DNA from: an uncultured bacterium
Lineage (GTDB): Bacteria > Planctomycetota > Planctomycetia > Planctomycetales > Planctomycetaceae
Reading direction: 5' to 3'
NCBI GenBank assembly: GCA_963974925.1
Contig: CAXBFD010000014.1
Coordinates: forward strand, 10,027-74,026
Length of the DNA: 64,000 nt
The translations under genes were made by a program, and so were the position numbers. The notes under the pieces were generated by a model. It had not been told where the DNA came from. It saw nothing but the letters and a program-made list of their open reading frames with translations, and did not search any database. Below are positions 9,966 through 19,865 of this stretch, piece by piece. Position 1 is the stretch's first letter. Each line of letters opens with the position of its first letter.

Positions 9966-11480
9966 ATGACTGCTTCAAAGAAAGCATATGAAGAGTTACT
10001 CACACGACTCAAAAAAACCGCTTTATTAGCTTCCTGCTCAGCGGTACTGGAATGGGATGAGCAGACTTATCTGCCTCCTGACGGAGCCGACCATCGCGCC
10101 AATCAGCTGGCATTGCTGGCAGGTATGGTGCATGAGCAAGCCACTAATTCTGAAATCGGAAATTTACTGCTTGAACTGGAATCAGACTCTGACTCAAATG
10201 ACGATGCGGCCCAACTGGCTAATATCAGAGAAGCCCGTCATGAATATGACCGGGCGACAAAGCTTCCACGCCGATTGGTCGAAGAACTTTCAAGAATCGG
10301 TACGCTTTCGCAACAAGCCTGGGTACAAGCAAGAAAAAATAATCGGTTTCAGGATTTTTTGCCCTGGTTAGAACAAATAATCGACCTCAAACGCGAACAG
10401 GCGTCTGCGACCGGTTATCAGGGAAACAATGCCTATGATGCGCTGCTCGATGAATATGAGCCGGGGGCAACTTCTGAAATGATTGAGCAGGCCTTTATTC
10501 CTCTGCGGAATGAGCTTGTTACTTTAGTTTCAGCGATTCAAGATTCAGGAATCACGCCTGATATCTCCCTCCTGACCAGAAGTTATCCCGTTGCTGAACA
10601 ACGCAACTTCAGTATTTCCGCCGCAGAGGCAATTGGCTTTCGATTTGACGCCGGTCGGTTGGATATTGCCGCCCACCCATTCTGCAGTGGGTTCGGACCT
10701 GGCGACTGTCGCTTAACGACGCGTTATGACGAACACCATTTCCCAGGCGCTTTCTTTGGAACCCTTCACGAAGCGGGACACGGGATCTATGAGCAAGGGC
10801 TTTGCAAAGAACATTTTGGTACTCCCCTGGGGAATTCGACTTCGCTTGGAATTCATGAATCGCAGTCAAGAATGTGGGAGAATCTGGTTGGACGAAGTCG
10901 TGCATTCTGGGATTATTTTTATCAACCTGCTCAGAAGCTGTTCCCGGAAGCACTGCGAAATGTTAATCAGGAAGACTTTTATCGGGCAATCAATGATGTC
11001 CGCCCTACATTTATTCGTGTCGAAGCAGATGAAGTTACTTATAACCTGCACATCATGTTACGTTTTGAGCTGGAAAAATCCTTGATTTCAGGAGACTTGA
11101 AACCGGCTGACCTGGAAGCTGCCTGGAACGAAAAATTCATCGAGTATTTTGGAATTACTCCTGACACTTCTGCCAATGGATGCCTGCAGGATGTCCACTG
11201 GAGTGCCGGATTGATTGGTTATTTCCCGACCTATGCTCTGGGAAATATGTATGCTGCTCAATTTTACAACGCAGCAGAAAAAGAACTGGGAGACCTCAGC
11301 CAACTCATTGCAAAGGGCGAGTTTGCACCGTTAAAAAATTGGCTGAACCAGAACATACACCAACGAGGCAAATTATATCGAGCGAACCGCCTGGTTGAAG
11401 TTGTCGCCGGTGAAGCTCTCTCCCACGAACCATTAATTGCTCAGTTACAAAACAAGTATAGTGAACTCTACAACTTGTAA
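9966..11480 (+). CDS. M32 family (Taq-type) metallocarboxypeptidase
   Basis: HEAGHGIYE (HExxH), HESQSRMWEN, DVHWS and GYFPTYALGN are hallmark M32 segments. The length of about 504 aa also fits. Confidence 0.9.
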   Translation: MTASKKAYEELLTRLKKTALLASCSAVLEWDEQTYLPPDGADHRANQLALLAGMVHEQATNSEIGNLLLELESDSDSNDDAAQLANIREARHEYDRATKLPRRLVEELSRIGTLSQQAWVQARKNNRFQDFLPWLEQIIDLKREQASATGYQGNNAYDALLDEYEPGATSEMIEQAFIPLRNELVTLVSAIQDSGITPDISLLTRSYPVAEQRNFSISAAEAIGFRFDAGRLDIAAHPFCSGFGPGDCRLTTRYDEHHFPGAFFGTLHEAGHGIYEQGLCKEHFGTPLGNSTSLGIHESQSRMWENLVGRSRAFWDYFYQPAQKLFPEALRNVNQEDFYRAINDVRPTFIRVEADEVTYNLHIMLRFELEKSLISGDLKPADLEAAWNEKFIEYFGITPDTSANGCLQDVHWSAGLIGYFPTYALGNMYAAQFYNAAEKELGDLSQLIAKGEFAPLKNWLNQNIHQRGKLYRANRLVEVVAGEALSHEPLIAQLQNKYSELYNL

Positions 11481-11520
11481 TGATTCCTCTGATATAAATC
11501 TCATTGCAGAAAGCGCGATC

Positions 11521-12084
11521 ATGGCCAATAAAAGTGTGAAGCAGGATTTTCTACTGGCTCTTGCGCTCGTCATTGCCGGAGCATTTTTATTTTCCGTATG
11601 GCTCGGCTTTGGTTTACCTGGCCCGCAACTGGCGAGCGGAAATCGTGCCTCTCTACAGGTAGGAGCGACTGCCCCTCCAATTCAGGCAGCAGGCTGGGTG
11701 AATGGCGATCCATTTCTGGAACAGGATTTAAAGGGAAAAGTGATCGTGGTTGATGCCTGGGCGACCTGGTGTGGCCCTTGCCGCCAGCAGGCTCCCCACA
11801 TTGTCAAAACGTATCAGCAATTCAAGGATCAGAATGTGGCCTTTATCGGACTCACATCAGATGGAGAAGAATTGCTCCCCGAAATTCGGCAGTGGCTGAA
11901 AGAAACGGGCATCACCTGGCCAAACGGCTATGGAGCCATCGATTCACTGATCGCTTTTAAAGCGGAAACCATTCCTCAAATCTGGGTCATCGGCACTGAT
12001 GGAAAAGTCGTCTGGAACGTGGATTCGGAATCAACAGAGTCCTTAGAGCAGGGAATCAGCCGGGCCTTGAGTCAGACTCCGTAA
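11521..12084 (+). CDS. TlpA/ResA-like thiol-disulfide oxidoreductase, membrane anchored
   Basis: WATWCGPC thioredoxin CxxC motif with an N-terminal TM helix (LLALALVIAGAFLFSVWLGF). ATG 11521 is preferred because the track start at 11437 overlaps the end of the M32 gene. Confidence 0.8.
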   Translation: MANKSVKQDFLLALALVIAGAFLFSVWLGFGLPGPQLASGNRASLQVGATAPPIQAAGWVNGDPFLEQDLKGKVIVVDAWATWCGPCRQQAPHIVKTYQQFKDQNVAFIGLTSDGEELLPEIRQWLKETGITWPNGYGAIDSLIAFKAETIPQIWVIGTDGKVVWNVDSESTESLEQGISRALSQTP

Positions 12085-12164
12085 AAAGACACTTTGAGAA
12101 GTCAGCTTCCGGCGATGGTCGATGCTCCGAAAGAAATATTTGATACGCCGAGTAAAAGGAAACC

Positions 12165-12974
12165 GTGATGAGCCAGAAGTTCATTGACCAGCCCGTGAAT
12201 GGAATCAACATGCGAGTGCACGTGGATGGTGCGGGACCTCCCCTGCTCTTTGTGCATGGATTTCCTCTGAACTCCCGAATGTGGCAGGCGCAGATCGAAC
12301 GGTTCAAAACAGAGTTTACTGTACTCACCCCGGATTTGCGCGGATTCGGCGCTTCTGATGTTTCCCCGGGGACTGTGACCATGGAACAGCACGCCGATGA
12401 TCTGAACACGCTCCTGGACGCGCTGCAGCTAGAGCAACCCGTCATTTTTTGTGGACTCTCAATGGGTGGTTATATTGCCTGGGAATTCTGGAAACAGTTT
12501 CCTCAACGTTTGCGCGCACTAATGCTGTGCGACACTCGCTCGGAAGCGGATTCAGAAGCAGGCATCAAAAATCGATTGAAAATGGTTGATCTCGTATTAA
12601 AACACGGACCGGAATCGATTTCCTCGTCCATGATTCCCAATCTCATCAGCGAAACCTCTCAACGTCATCAACCTGAAATTTCCAAAAGCCTGATTGAGAT
12701 GATCGAATCAACGGACCGTGAGGGAATTGCCGCCAGCCAGAGAGGCATGGCAGTACGAAAAGACTTCTCTGATCAATTAATGGACATCAAAGTACCCGCA
12801 CTATTGATTGTCGGCAGTGAAGATCAATTAACGCCACCAGCTGTCATGAAAAACATGTCTACTCAGTTACCTCATGCAAAATATATCGAAGTGCCGGATG
12901 CCGGCCATATGACACCCATGGAAGCGCCCGATATTGTCAATCAGGCGATGGAAGATTTTTTAGCTTCCTGCTAA
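12165..12974 (+). CDS. alpha/beta-fold hydrolase
   Basis: HGFPLNSRMW oxyanion region, GLSMGG nucleophile elbow, and a C-terminal DAGH catalytic His context. Confidence 0.8.
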   Translation: MMSQKFIDQPVNGINMRVHVDGAGPPLLFVHGFPLNSRMWQAQIERFKTEFTVLTPDLRGFGASDVSPGTVTMEQHADDLNTLLDALQLEQPVIFCGLSMGGYIAWEFWKQFPQRLRALMLCDTRSEADSEAGIKNRLKMVDLVLKHGPESISSSMIPNLISETSQRHQPEISKSLIEMIESTDREGIAASQRGMAVRKDFSDQLMDIKVPALLIVGSEDQLTPPAVMKNMSTQLPHAKYIEVPDAGHMTPMEAPDIVNQAMEDFLASC

Positions 12975-13097
12975 TATCAGAACATACAACACCCGTGTAT
13001 TCGATTCTGCCGATTCGCCGCACAGAGATATGGAATTTATTTTCCCCGCTCCTGCTGGCACAGGCACGGTAAATACTGATTACGATAAGGAACGATC

Positions 13098-13478
13098 ATG
13101 GCCAAAAATCACTCCAAACTTTTTCTGGATATTGTGGAAGATGCAAAGTCACGTGTAATTGAATGCACGGTGCATGATGTAAAAACACGAACAGAACAAG
13201 GAGAAGAATTTCACCTGATTGATGTGAGAGAGGACCACGAGTTCAGTGCGGGGAGAATTCCCGGGGCCAGACACCTCGGCAAGGGAATCATTGAACGAGA
13301 TGTAGAGGCATTGATTCCTGATACGTCTACCTTATTGATACTTTATTGTGGCGGCGGATATCGGTCAGCCCTGGCAGCAGACAATCTGCAAAAAATGGGC
13401 TACACACAAGTCATCTCGATGGACGGAGGATTCAGTGGCTGGAAGGCGGCTGGCTTCGAAATTGAAACCGGAGATTGA
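13098..13478 (+). CDS. rhodanese-domain sulfurtransferase
   Basis: Single rhodanese domain with LIDVREDHEF, IPGARHL and the active-site loop YCGGGYRSA. Confidence 0.85.
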   Translation: MAKNHSKLFLDIVEDAKSRVIECTVHDVKTRTEQGEEFHLIDVREDHEFSAGRIPGARHLGKGIIERDVEALIPDTSTLLILYCGGGYRSALAADNLQKMGYTQVISMDGGFSGWKAAGFEIETGD

Positions 13479-13541
13479 ATGATCCACACTTTCACTGACC
13501 GAAAATCACATCGGTTTGGTAACTGAGTTTTCCCTAAAAAG

Positions 13542-13577
13542 AAAAAGCACTGTGTTTGATGAAACACAGTGCTTTTT
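13542..13577. terminator. bidirectional rho-independent terminator
   Basis: A perfect 16-bp stem AAAAAGCACTGTGTTT / AAACACAGTGCTTTTT closes a GATG loop, with an A-run on one side and a T-run on the other. It sits between the convergent rhodanese gene (+) and the 54-aa ORF (-). Confidence 0.7.
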
Positions 13578-13662
13578 GAATTTTGTAACAGTTCCTGATT
13601 CGCATCCTGATTCGCCAGAGCGCTCTCACTCTGTTATTCCCGGCAAACGACCTGGATACAGG

Positions 13663-13827
13663 CTAGGCACCCAGCTCCCAGTTATAGCTGCCTAATTCCA
13701 TCACGAGGAATATGATTCCCAGGATCAAGGCCATCAAAGACACAAACAGCAGCCCTACATAAATATTCGGGCCACCCGACTCTCCTGTGGCGGCTTTTCC
13801 CTTGGTTTTAGAGCTTCGAGTTGACAT
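13663..13827 (-). CDS. small single-TM protein (54 aa), below the ORF-track length cutoff
   Basis: Hand translation gives MSTRSSKTKGKAATGESGGPNIYVGLLFVSLMALILGIIFLVMELGSYNWELGA. Its ATG lies inside the last 20 nt of the upstream coiled-coil gene. It has a basic N-terminus and one clear TM helix, and it ends 85 nt before the terminator. Confidence 0.45.
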   Translation of the reverse strand: MSTRSSKTKGKAATGESGGPNIYVGLLFVSLMALILGIIFLVMELGSYNWELGA

Positions 13828-14680
13828 GGTCACCTTTCTCAATCACACCATTCTTGGCGGCGTCTATTACAGTCCCGACAGCATTATCAGGATTTACATA
13901 TACAAGTTCAATCTTACCGAGATATTTGGGACGATTACCATTCGCTTTCGTGCCGAAGCGATAAACGAATAATTGATGACCTTTGCTGAGCCCATCGTCA
14001 CTTCCCAGTGACACTTCAACAAACTTGGTTCCGTTCCGTTTATCCTTTTTCGTATTGATAATCAAACCTTCCACAGCTGGTGGCGGTGATTGCATTCCAG
14101 CAATAGCAGGGTCTTTGGGATCAATCCCCAGATTAGCAACGATTTTATTTAAGTAGTTGAGCTCTTCCAGAACTGTATTGTGTTTGGCGACCAGATTCTT
14201 TTCACGTATCGATTGGGTGAAAACGTTATCTTCCAGATTTTTAATCTTTCCGCGTAACGTATTGACTGTATCATGCAGCGTTTTATTCACAACTCGTTGT
14301 CGACCTGATTCCTGCCGTCGAAACTTTGCTTCTTCACCAGTCGTTTCAGCCTGGGCGACTGCGGAGTCTCTTTCTGTTCGCACCGTTTCCAACTGATTCT
14401 GATTTGTCTTATACTGCACCAGCAGAGCATCATTTGCGACTTTCGCTGTTTCTGCCTGGCTCAAAGCATCCTTGATTTTCTGTTCCGATTCTATTTTAAA
14501 ATTACTGTACTCGGACTCTAATCCGTTCATGTTTTTTTGCAGACTGGCTACATTGTCCTGGAGTTTCTGACTCTTTTCGCGCCAATTGTTTTGAGCTGTG
14601 TAAACAGCTCCAGCAAAGCCCATGAAACAGACACTGAGCACTACTTGAACGACGACCAGTACTTTGCCGACAAACGACAT
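13808..14680 (-). CDS. N-terminally anchored coiled-coil protein with small C-terminal beta-rich domain
   Basis: The TM anchor is VLVVVQVVLSVCFMGFAGAV. About 170 aa of heptad-like Q/E/K/L-rich sequence follow. The C-terminus (FVEVSLGSDDGLSKGHQLFVYRF...GKIELVYVNPDNAVGTVI...IEKGDHV) looks like a small beta-barrel. Confidence 0.55.
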   Translation of the reverse strand: MSFVGKVLVVVQVVLSVCFMGFAGAVYTAQNNWREKSQKLQDNVASLQKNMNGLESEYSNFKIESEQKIKDALSQAETAKVANDALLVQYKTNQNQLETVRTERDSAVAQAETTGEEAKFRRQESGRQRVVNKTLHDTVNTLRGKIKNLEDNVFTQSIREKNLVAKHNTVLEELNYLNKIVANLGIDPKDPAIAGMQSPPPAVEGLIINTKKDKRNGTKFVEVSLGSDDGLSKGHQLFVYRFGTKANGNRPKYLGKIELVYVNPDNAVGTVIDAAKNGVIEKGDHVNSKL

Positions 14681-14760
14681 CTAATCGCTCCTGATACTTA
14701 TTTAAAGACGGGGTTTGTGTTGTTTCTTTGATTTCATCTAATCATTGAGATCAGAAAAGA

Positions 14761-15450
14761 TCATTTTTGAGAGACTGCTTTCTCTTCATAGCCATTGCCA
14801 GTTCCTTGAACCGATTTCTCCAGTGACTCTTTTTGCCTTTGGAGACGCTGTACTTTCCCTTCAATTCTGGCAATATAGTCCCGCAGAGTTTTTTGCTGTT
14901 CTTGAGCTAAATATTTCTCATTCCGAATTTCATCTATCTGATCTTGCAACCGGAAGACATCTGCCCTGCGTTCAGCCGCCTCCTGGTTCACTTCCAGTGT
15001 CTGCTGGCTGATCTTAATACCTTCATTGGCCAGCTGAGTAATCGCAACATCCAGTGCAGAAATCTTCTGTTTTAATTCCCCCGCACTCACATCCATTGCT
15101 TCACGATCCTGCTGATTGATCGTTTTCCAGTTCTTGATTGCGCTTTGCAGAGGGGAAATCGATTTTGTGATCAGGTCAATCTTTTCATTCTGCAGTTGAA
15201 GCTTGTGCTTTTGAGCGGCAACAATCACTTTTGCTAAAACAGGCGATGTCGAGATCTGCTCCCCTGCTCTCCTGGTTTTCACAGACCAGGTCGGGTTCTC
15301 GCCGGGTTGATATTCAAACAAATAGTCTGTCATTGATTCCGCTTCATTTTGCCAGTTGGGGCCCCCCACAGCATTGACTGCGGCAAATCCCATAAAAGCG
15401 ATACTAGCAAAAAGCACTAGTACTAACAGGATTTTACTGAAACGGGTCAT
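14761..15450 (-). CDS. N-terminally anchored coiled-coil protein, anchor paralogous to the downstream gene
   Basis: The TM anchor ILLVLVLFASIAFMGFAAV is followed by GGPNW, compared with AQNNW in the neighbour. A long coiled coil follows. Confidence 0.55.
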   Translation of the reverse strand: MTRFSKILLVLVLFASIAFMGFAAVNAVGGPNWQNEAESMTDYLFEYQPGENPTWSVKTRRAGEQISTSPVLAKVIVAAQKHKLQLQNEKIDLITKSISPLQSAIKNWKTINQQDREAMDVSAGELKQKISALDVAITQLANEGIKISQQTLEVNQEAAERRADVFRLQDQIDEIRNEKYLAQEQQKTLRDYIARIEGKVQRLQRQKESLEKSVQGTGNGYEEKAVSQK

Positions 15451-16164
15451 TGATGTATTCCTGAGTCTTTTAGAAAGACGCTTAACTACTTTGTGGCTGT
15501 ATTTATTATGCTTTATCTTGTCAGCATTATCTATTCACTTCCTTCCAGGTTGAGGAGATAAGAAGTGATTTGCAGAAAAAGAACCGTCAAGATCCTTTAA
15601 TTTGCACTGATGTGTTTTGTAAAATACTACAGGTAACCTGTGCGCAAAAACAACCTATTTTGTGAAATCGGTCATTTCCTAATTATAAGTACGCTTAAAA
15701 ACCATAGTCAAACTGATTTTCAGCTAACTGTTTGGTATTTAACTGTTTGACCTTTCTAACTTGGCTGGCAGACACAATCGCTATCTTCGGAAAACTCGAC
15801 GTAACATTCACGTTATACTCGTACATCAGATCAGGAATAGGCAGAGGTACTTCGCTGCGTTTGCTGTTTCCAGACTGAAAAGTGGTCATATGAATCCCAA
15901 TGACCTGCCATCACAGAAAGCAATTACTTACATTTGCACACTTAAGAGAATGCGAACTTGTTTCACTGGAAATACTTACCAAATCCAGCACTTTGGTCCG
16001 AATTGAGATAGGTAAAATCGGGCTGCGTTGGTATTTTGGACGACAGTCAGAATTTATTGCTGGCACAAAGCAATAATTACTAACCAGGAATCAATAATAA
16101 AACATTGAACTAATGCAGGGCCCTCAGATACTGTATCATCGAGATTAGTTGGAGATTGGTTTTA

Positions 16165-16815
16165 ATGGCTCCCCAAGACGTTCCTTACCAGATTTCAGCC
16201 GTCGACAATCATCTCAAGGTTCAACTTCTTCCAGCACTCAATGAATCTGCATGGAATGAATTGGAAACTTTGGGTGATTCGCTGCTGCTGGAACTTAAAG
16301 CTCAAAAAAACCCCTCAGTCATCATCGATTTAACAAAACTGACCTATATCAGCAGTTCGCTTGTGGCAGTGGTCATTCAAGTCTGGAAACTGGTCGATGA
16401 ACAAGCTGGGAACACGGCCATTCTCAATACCAGCGAGATGGTGGAAGAAGTTCTCAAAATCTCTGGACTCAAAAAAGTCTGGTGCATTGTCTCGACTGAA
16501 GAAGAAGCGAAAGCCTACTTGAATCAGACTATGAAACAGGAACGCATCGAACGTCGGCGCGTTTTCTCGATGCCAATCCTGTTGGGTATTGTCGCGCTGA
16601 TATCTGCCATCGCCTGTTTCGTGCTTTCCGTAAGTGACTCCCTCGACTTAAACCCCAAAATCACATTAGCGGCCACGATCTCATTCTCTGTAGCAGGTTT
16701 ACTTCTGGGATTAACTGCCCTGAAAGATCGTAGAAAAAATTTACGAGTGCTGGGAGGGGTGGTGATGATTGGCAGCCTCATTCTGGGGGGGCTCGGTTTA
16801 TACAAACTGATCTAA
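16165..16815 (+). CDS. STAS-domain (anti-sigma-antagonist-like) protein fused to C-terminal TM helices
   Basis: The N-terminal ~115 aa have the STAS pattern (VIIDLTKLTYISSSLVAVVIQVWKLV...VEEVLKISGLKKVW). The C-terminal part has 3 predicted TM helices. ATG 16165 has GGAGA 9 nt upstream, whereas the track start at 16156 is TTG. Confidence 0.7.
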   Translation: MAPQDVPYQISAVDNHLKVQLLPALNESAWNELETLGDSLLLELKAQKNPSVIIDLTKLTYISSSLVAVVIQVWKLVDEQAGNTAILNTSEMVEEVLKISGLKKVWCIVSTEEEAKAYLNQTMKQERIERRRVFSMPILLGIVALISAIACFVLSVSDSLDLNPKITLAATISFSVAGLLLGLTALKDRRKNLRVLGGVVMIGSLILGGLGLYKLI

Positions 16816-16892
16816 TAGATTAATCAGAACCTTCTTCCAGTTCAGACAAACTCACATTGAGAACTATCGTTAGGACAGAAAGAGTCGATTTG

Positions 16893-18134
16893 ATGTCAGA
16901 CAAACCAGCAGAAGCAGAAAACAAAAAAGAGGGTCGCCAGCAGGCACTACAGGCTGAACTGAGGGAACTGGTTGATGTCGTAGGTCCAGGCCCCCTCGTT
17001 GATTTATTGATGGAAAGAGCATTTCAGCTGCAGGCAACGGACATTCATTTAGATCCACTGGAAGACGGGCTCAGGCTGCGGTTGAGAGTGGATGGAATGC
17101 TGCATGATATCATTCAGCTTCCCAAAGAAGCGGCCTCTTCAGTCGTCTCGCGGCTCAAGTTAGCAGCCAATATGGATATCACCGAAAGACGCGTTGCGCA
17201 GGACGGCCATATCAATAATCAGACATTACAGAACCGCCGGGATATTCGAGTCGGTTCCGGGCCCACCATCCATGGCGAGCGTCTGGTCTTGCGGCTGATG
17301 CCGGATCACAGACGATTTACCGAATTCAGTGAACTGGGCCTGAGCGAACATCAGGCGGCTGAAATCATCAAATACTGTCATTCTCCCTACGGAATGATCT
17401 TGAGTGTCGGCCCCGTCGGTTCCGGAAAGAGCACAACTATTTACAGCTGCCTGGACTATCTCAATCAGCCGGAAATGAGTTTAACGACGATCGAAGACCC
17501 GGTGGAACGCCGAATCGAAGGGGTCAATCAGATACAGATCGATCCGAAGATCGGCTTCAGTTTTGCCGAAGCATTAAGGGGAGTTCTGCGACAGGACCCG
17601 AACGTGATTATGGTTGGGGAAATCCGTGATTCGGAAACGGCTCATATTGCCGTGAGAGCAGGTCTGACTGGGATCCGCGTATTGTCTACCCTGCACTCTA
17701 ATGATGCCGTCGCAGCCATCGATGTATTCCGAGAGTTCGGAATTCCCTCGATGTTTATCACCGATAGCTTACAGGGAATTATTTCTCAACGTCTCATCAG
17801 ACGCGTCTGTGAAAAGTGCCGCACTCCTTATCAACTCGATGCCGGCGCGTGTGAATATCTGGGGATCAGCGCCGACCAGGTCGCCGATTCTAAAATTACA
17901 CAAGGCGCGGGCTGTGATCACTGTTTTCAGACCGGGTACCTTGGTCGAACTGGAATATATGAAACGCTCAGCATCCAGGGTGAATTGCGAGAAGCCATAC
18001 TCAGAGGGGCACCACAGTCAGAAATTTTGAAGATGGCATCGGATGCGGGAATGACCACCATGGAAGAATCTGGTAAAACGAAAGTCCTCCAGGGGATCAC
18101 AACAGTTCAGGAACTCCATCGCGTGCTTGTTTAG
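16893..18134 (+). CDS. GspE/PilB-family secretion ATPase, short form
   Basis: Walker [10 protein letters not shown], an Asp box and Walker B region (VIMVGEIRD), a His box, and a tetracysteine Zn motif CEKC...CDHC. The long N-terminal N1E/MshEN-type domains are missing. Confidence 0.85.
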   Translation: MSDKPAEAENKKEGRQQALQAELRELVDVVGPGPLVDLLMERAFQLQATDIHLDPLEDGLRLRLRVDGMLHDIIQLPKEAASSVVSRLKLAANMDITERRVAQDGHINNQTLQNRRDIRVGSGPTIHGERLVLRLMPDHRRFTEFSELGLSEHQAAEIIKYCHSPYGMILSVGPVGSGKSTTIYSCLDYLNQPEMSLTTIEDPVERRIEGVNQIQIDPKIGFSFAEALRGVLRQDPNVIMVGEIRDSETAHIAVRAGLTGIRVLSTLHSNDAVAAIDVFREFGIPSMFITDSLQGIISQRLIRRVCEKCRTPYQLDAGACEYLGISADQVADSKITQGAGCDHCFQTGYLGRTGIYETLSIQGELREAILRGAPQSEILKMASDAGMTTMEESGKTKVLQGITTVQELHRVLV

Positions 18135-18462
18135 ACCTGATCTGCAAAACCAGACGCCGGCCGTCAATCGAAGCATTCTTTCTACAACCCAGGTGTCATT
18201 TTCGTGCCTTCTTTCCAGTTTTGATGGTGAACTTATCCATCTTCGGAAAAAAAGAATTCTATTCTGGTAGATCTATTATATAATCGTACGTAATTAACCT
18301 GTAGCCTGTGTCCAAGTTTACTGTAACGTCTCCAGGCCATTCGGATCGAGTATCCTCGAATAAGAGACGCTATGGTTAATGGGGACGCGCTCCAGTAATA
18401 CGAAATAAGACCTGTTGGGCCATCCTCATTACTCAGTATCGTCTGATGCGGGATTGTGCCTC

Positions 18463-19458
18463 ATGAATTTGAATCAAACAGAACGGTCTGGCAAAGCTTA
18501 CTCTCGCAAGCTTGAGACCGGTTCTTCCCTATCGGCGACGAGTTCCATGTCGAAGCAAACCAAGTCCGCAATTCAGATTATTACGGACTCATCTCAAGCC
18601 TTACAAACCAGGGAGCGCAATTTTTCCGCACAGGCCGAGACGCATTCCGCCGAAGATGAAGAACCTGTCCTTTCTTTCAAAGAAAAAGCGATCCTCTGGC
18701 TGGCCAGCTTTATGGTGACCGGTTACTTAGTTTCATTTCTCTTTCATACGACAATCCTCACGATCATGGCGATTGTCATTGTGGGTGGCATTCAGGGTAG
18801 TGGCGATATCTCAACACTGGTCAGCCTTGATGACAAAGACAATTTTGCCCTGAGTGGCCCCTTAGACACACGCATCGAGGAAGAGGCGGGTGGAAAAACA
18901 ACCGAGTTCAATGTCATGCAACCGGTAAAAACTGTGACCGGTGAAAATGAATCGACGCTGAAAGAGATCGAAGCAGATGTTTCTATGCATCTGGGAAAAG
19001 GTGAAGGAGAAGAGGACGGAGACGGGAAGGGGAGTGGGGGAGGAGAATTCAAACTGAAACCAATGGGGAATGCAGTTACCGTCGGCAGCTTCACCGCCTG
19101 GACCGTTCCCAAAGATCCTGACCTGAACGAAGACTATCTGATTATCATTCAGGTGAAACTGCCCTATAACTACAATTCCACCCGGTATCGCGCATCTGAT
19201 CTGTCAGGGCTTGTTCTTGGAACTGATGATCATCGTCAGGCAATCCCCTGGGATGCCAGATGGCCCAACTCCACTTTTACTCCTAATGCCAATGGTGAAA
19301 TCAGACCTGTCAGTAAAGGCGACTATCTGCCTCTGAAAAATCGAGTCGCCCAGTTGATCGTCAAGGTTCCCGGATCAAAGATCCCCGCCACACGTGACAC
19401 GATCAAGATTGAATCCAAGGTTCTTAAAGAGAAATCAACCTTAGAGATTGTTTTCTAG
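18463..19458 (+). CDS. hypothetical single-pass membrane protein
   Basis: S/T/Q-rich N-terminus, a TM segment (ILWLASFMVTGYLVSFLFHTTILTIMAIVIVGG), a G/E/D-rich spacer, and a C-terminal beta-rich domain. ATG 18463 is preferred over the TTG at 18415. Confidence 0.45.
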   Translation: MNLNQTERSGKAYSRKLETGSSLSATSSMSKQTKSAIQIITDSSQALQTRERNFSAQAETHSAEDEEPVLSFKEKAILWLASFMVTGYLVSFLFHTTILTIMAIVIVGGIQGSGDISTLVSLDDKDNFALSGPLDTRIEEEAGGKTTEFNVMQPVKTVTGENESTLKEIEADVSMHLGKGEGEEDGDGKGSGGGEFKLKPMGNAVTVGSFTAWTVPKDPDLNEDYLIIIQVKLPYNYNSTRYRASDLSGLVLGTDDHRQAIPWDARWPNSTFTPNANGEIRPVSKGDYLPLKNRVAQLIVKVPGSKIPATRDTIKIESKVLKEKSTLEIVF

Positions 19459-19567
19459 CGCATCACATTCAACCATTGCGTCTCTCGTTCTAAGCTGCTC
19501 CGACCGAACCGTCCTGCAGATGCTACAGTGAGCCTGGATACAATCTGAGCGAGGAAGAGCTGTGATA

Positions 19568-19840
19568 TCAGGCCGTTTCTCCTTTGACAGCAGCAACCCA
19601 GCCGCGCTGATAAATCTCTCCCAGGTCGGCCCAATGAGAGGGAGATTCGGTCAAATTTCCCGGACAGCAAGGGCAGGGGAGGTCCGGTTCCCGGGGAAAA
19701 AGAGGCTTCTCCGTAAGCCTGGTTGAAAGCCACAGCGCATCACATTCATCGCACAGCAGGACCACATCCCCCGCTTTGCTGCAGATACGAATTCCCAAAC
19801 TTCCTTGTTCACAAAACGGGCATGTCCCGACATAATACAT
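19568..19840 (-). CDS. small Cys-rich (putative zinc-binding) protein
   Basis: 90 aa with CPFC...C...CDEC...CPCC spacing. It lies 25 nt downstream of the toxin-like gene on the same strand. Confidence 0.45.
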   Translation of the reverse strand: MYYVGTCPFCEQGSLGIRICSKAGDVVLLCDECDALWLSTRLTEKPLFPREPDLPCPCCPGNLTESPSHWADLGEIYQRGWVAAVKGETA

Positions 19841-19865
19841 GAATTCTGATCCTGTGTTTCAAAAG

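Noticed and set aside
15695-15889. 64-aa minus-strand ORF in the 700-bp region upstream of the coiled-coil operon
   Set aside because: No recognisable motif, a weak SD and no coupling to neighbours. The evidence is insufficient to call a gene, though it cannot be excluded.
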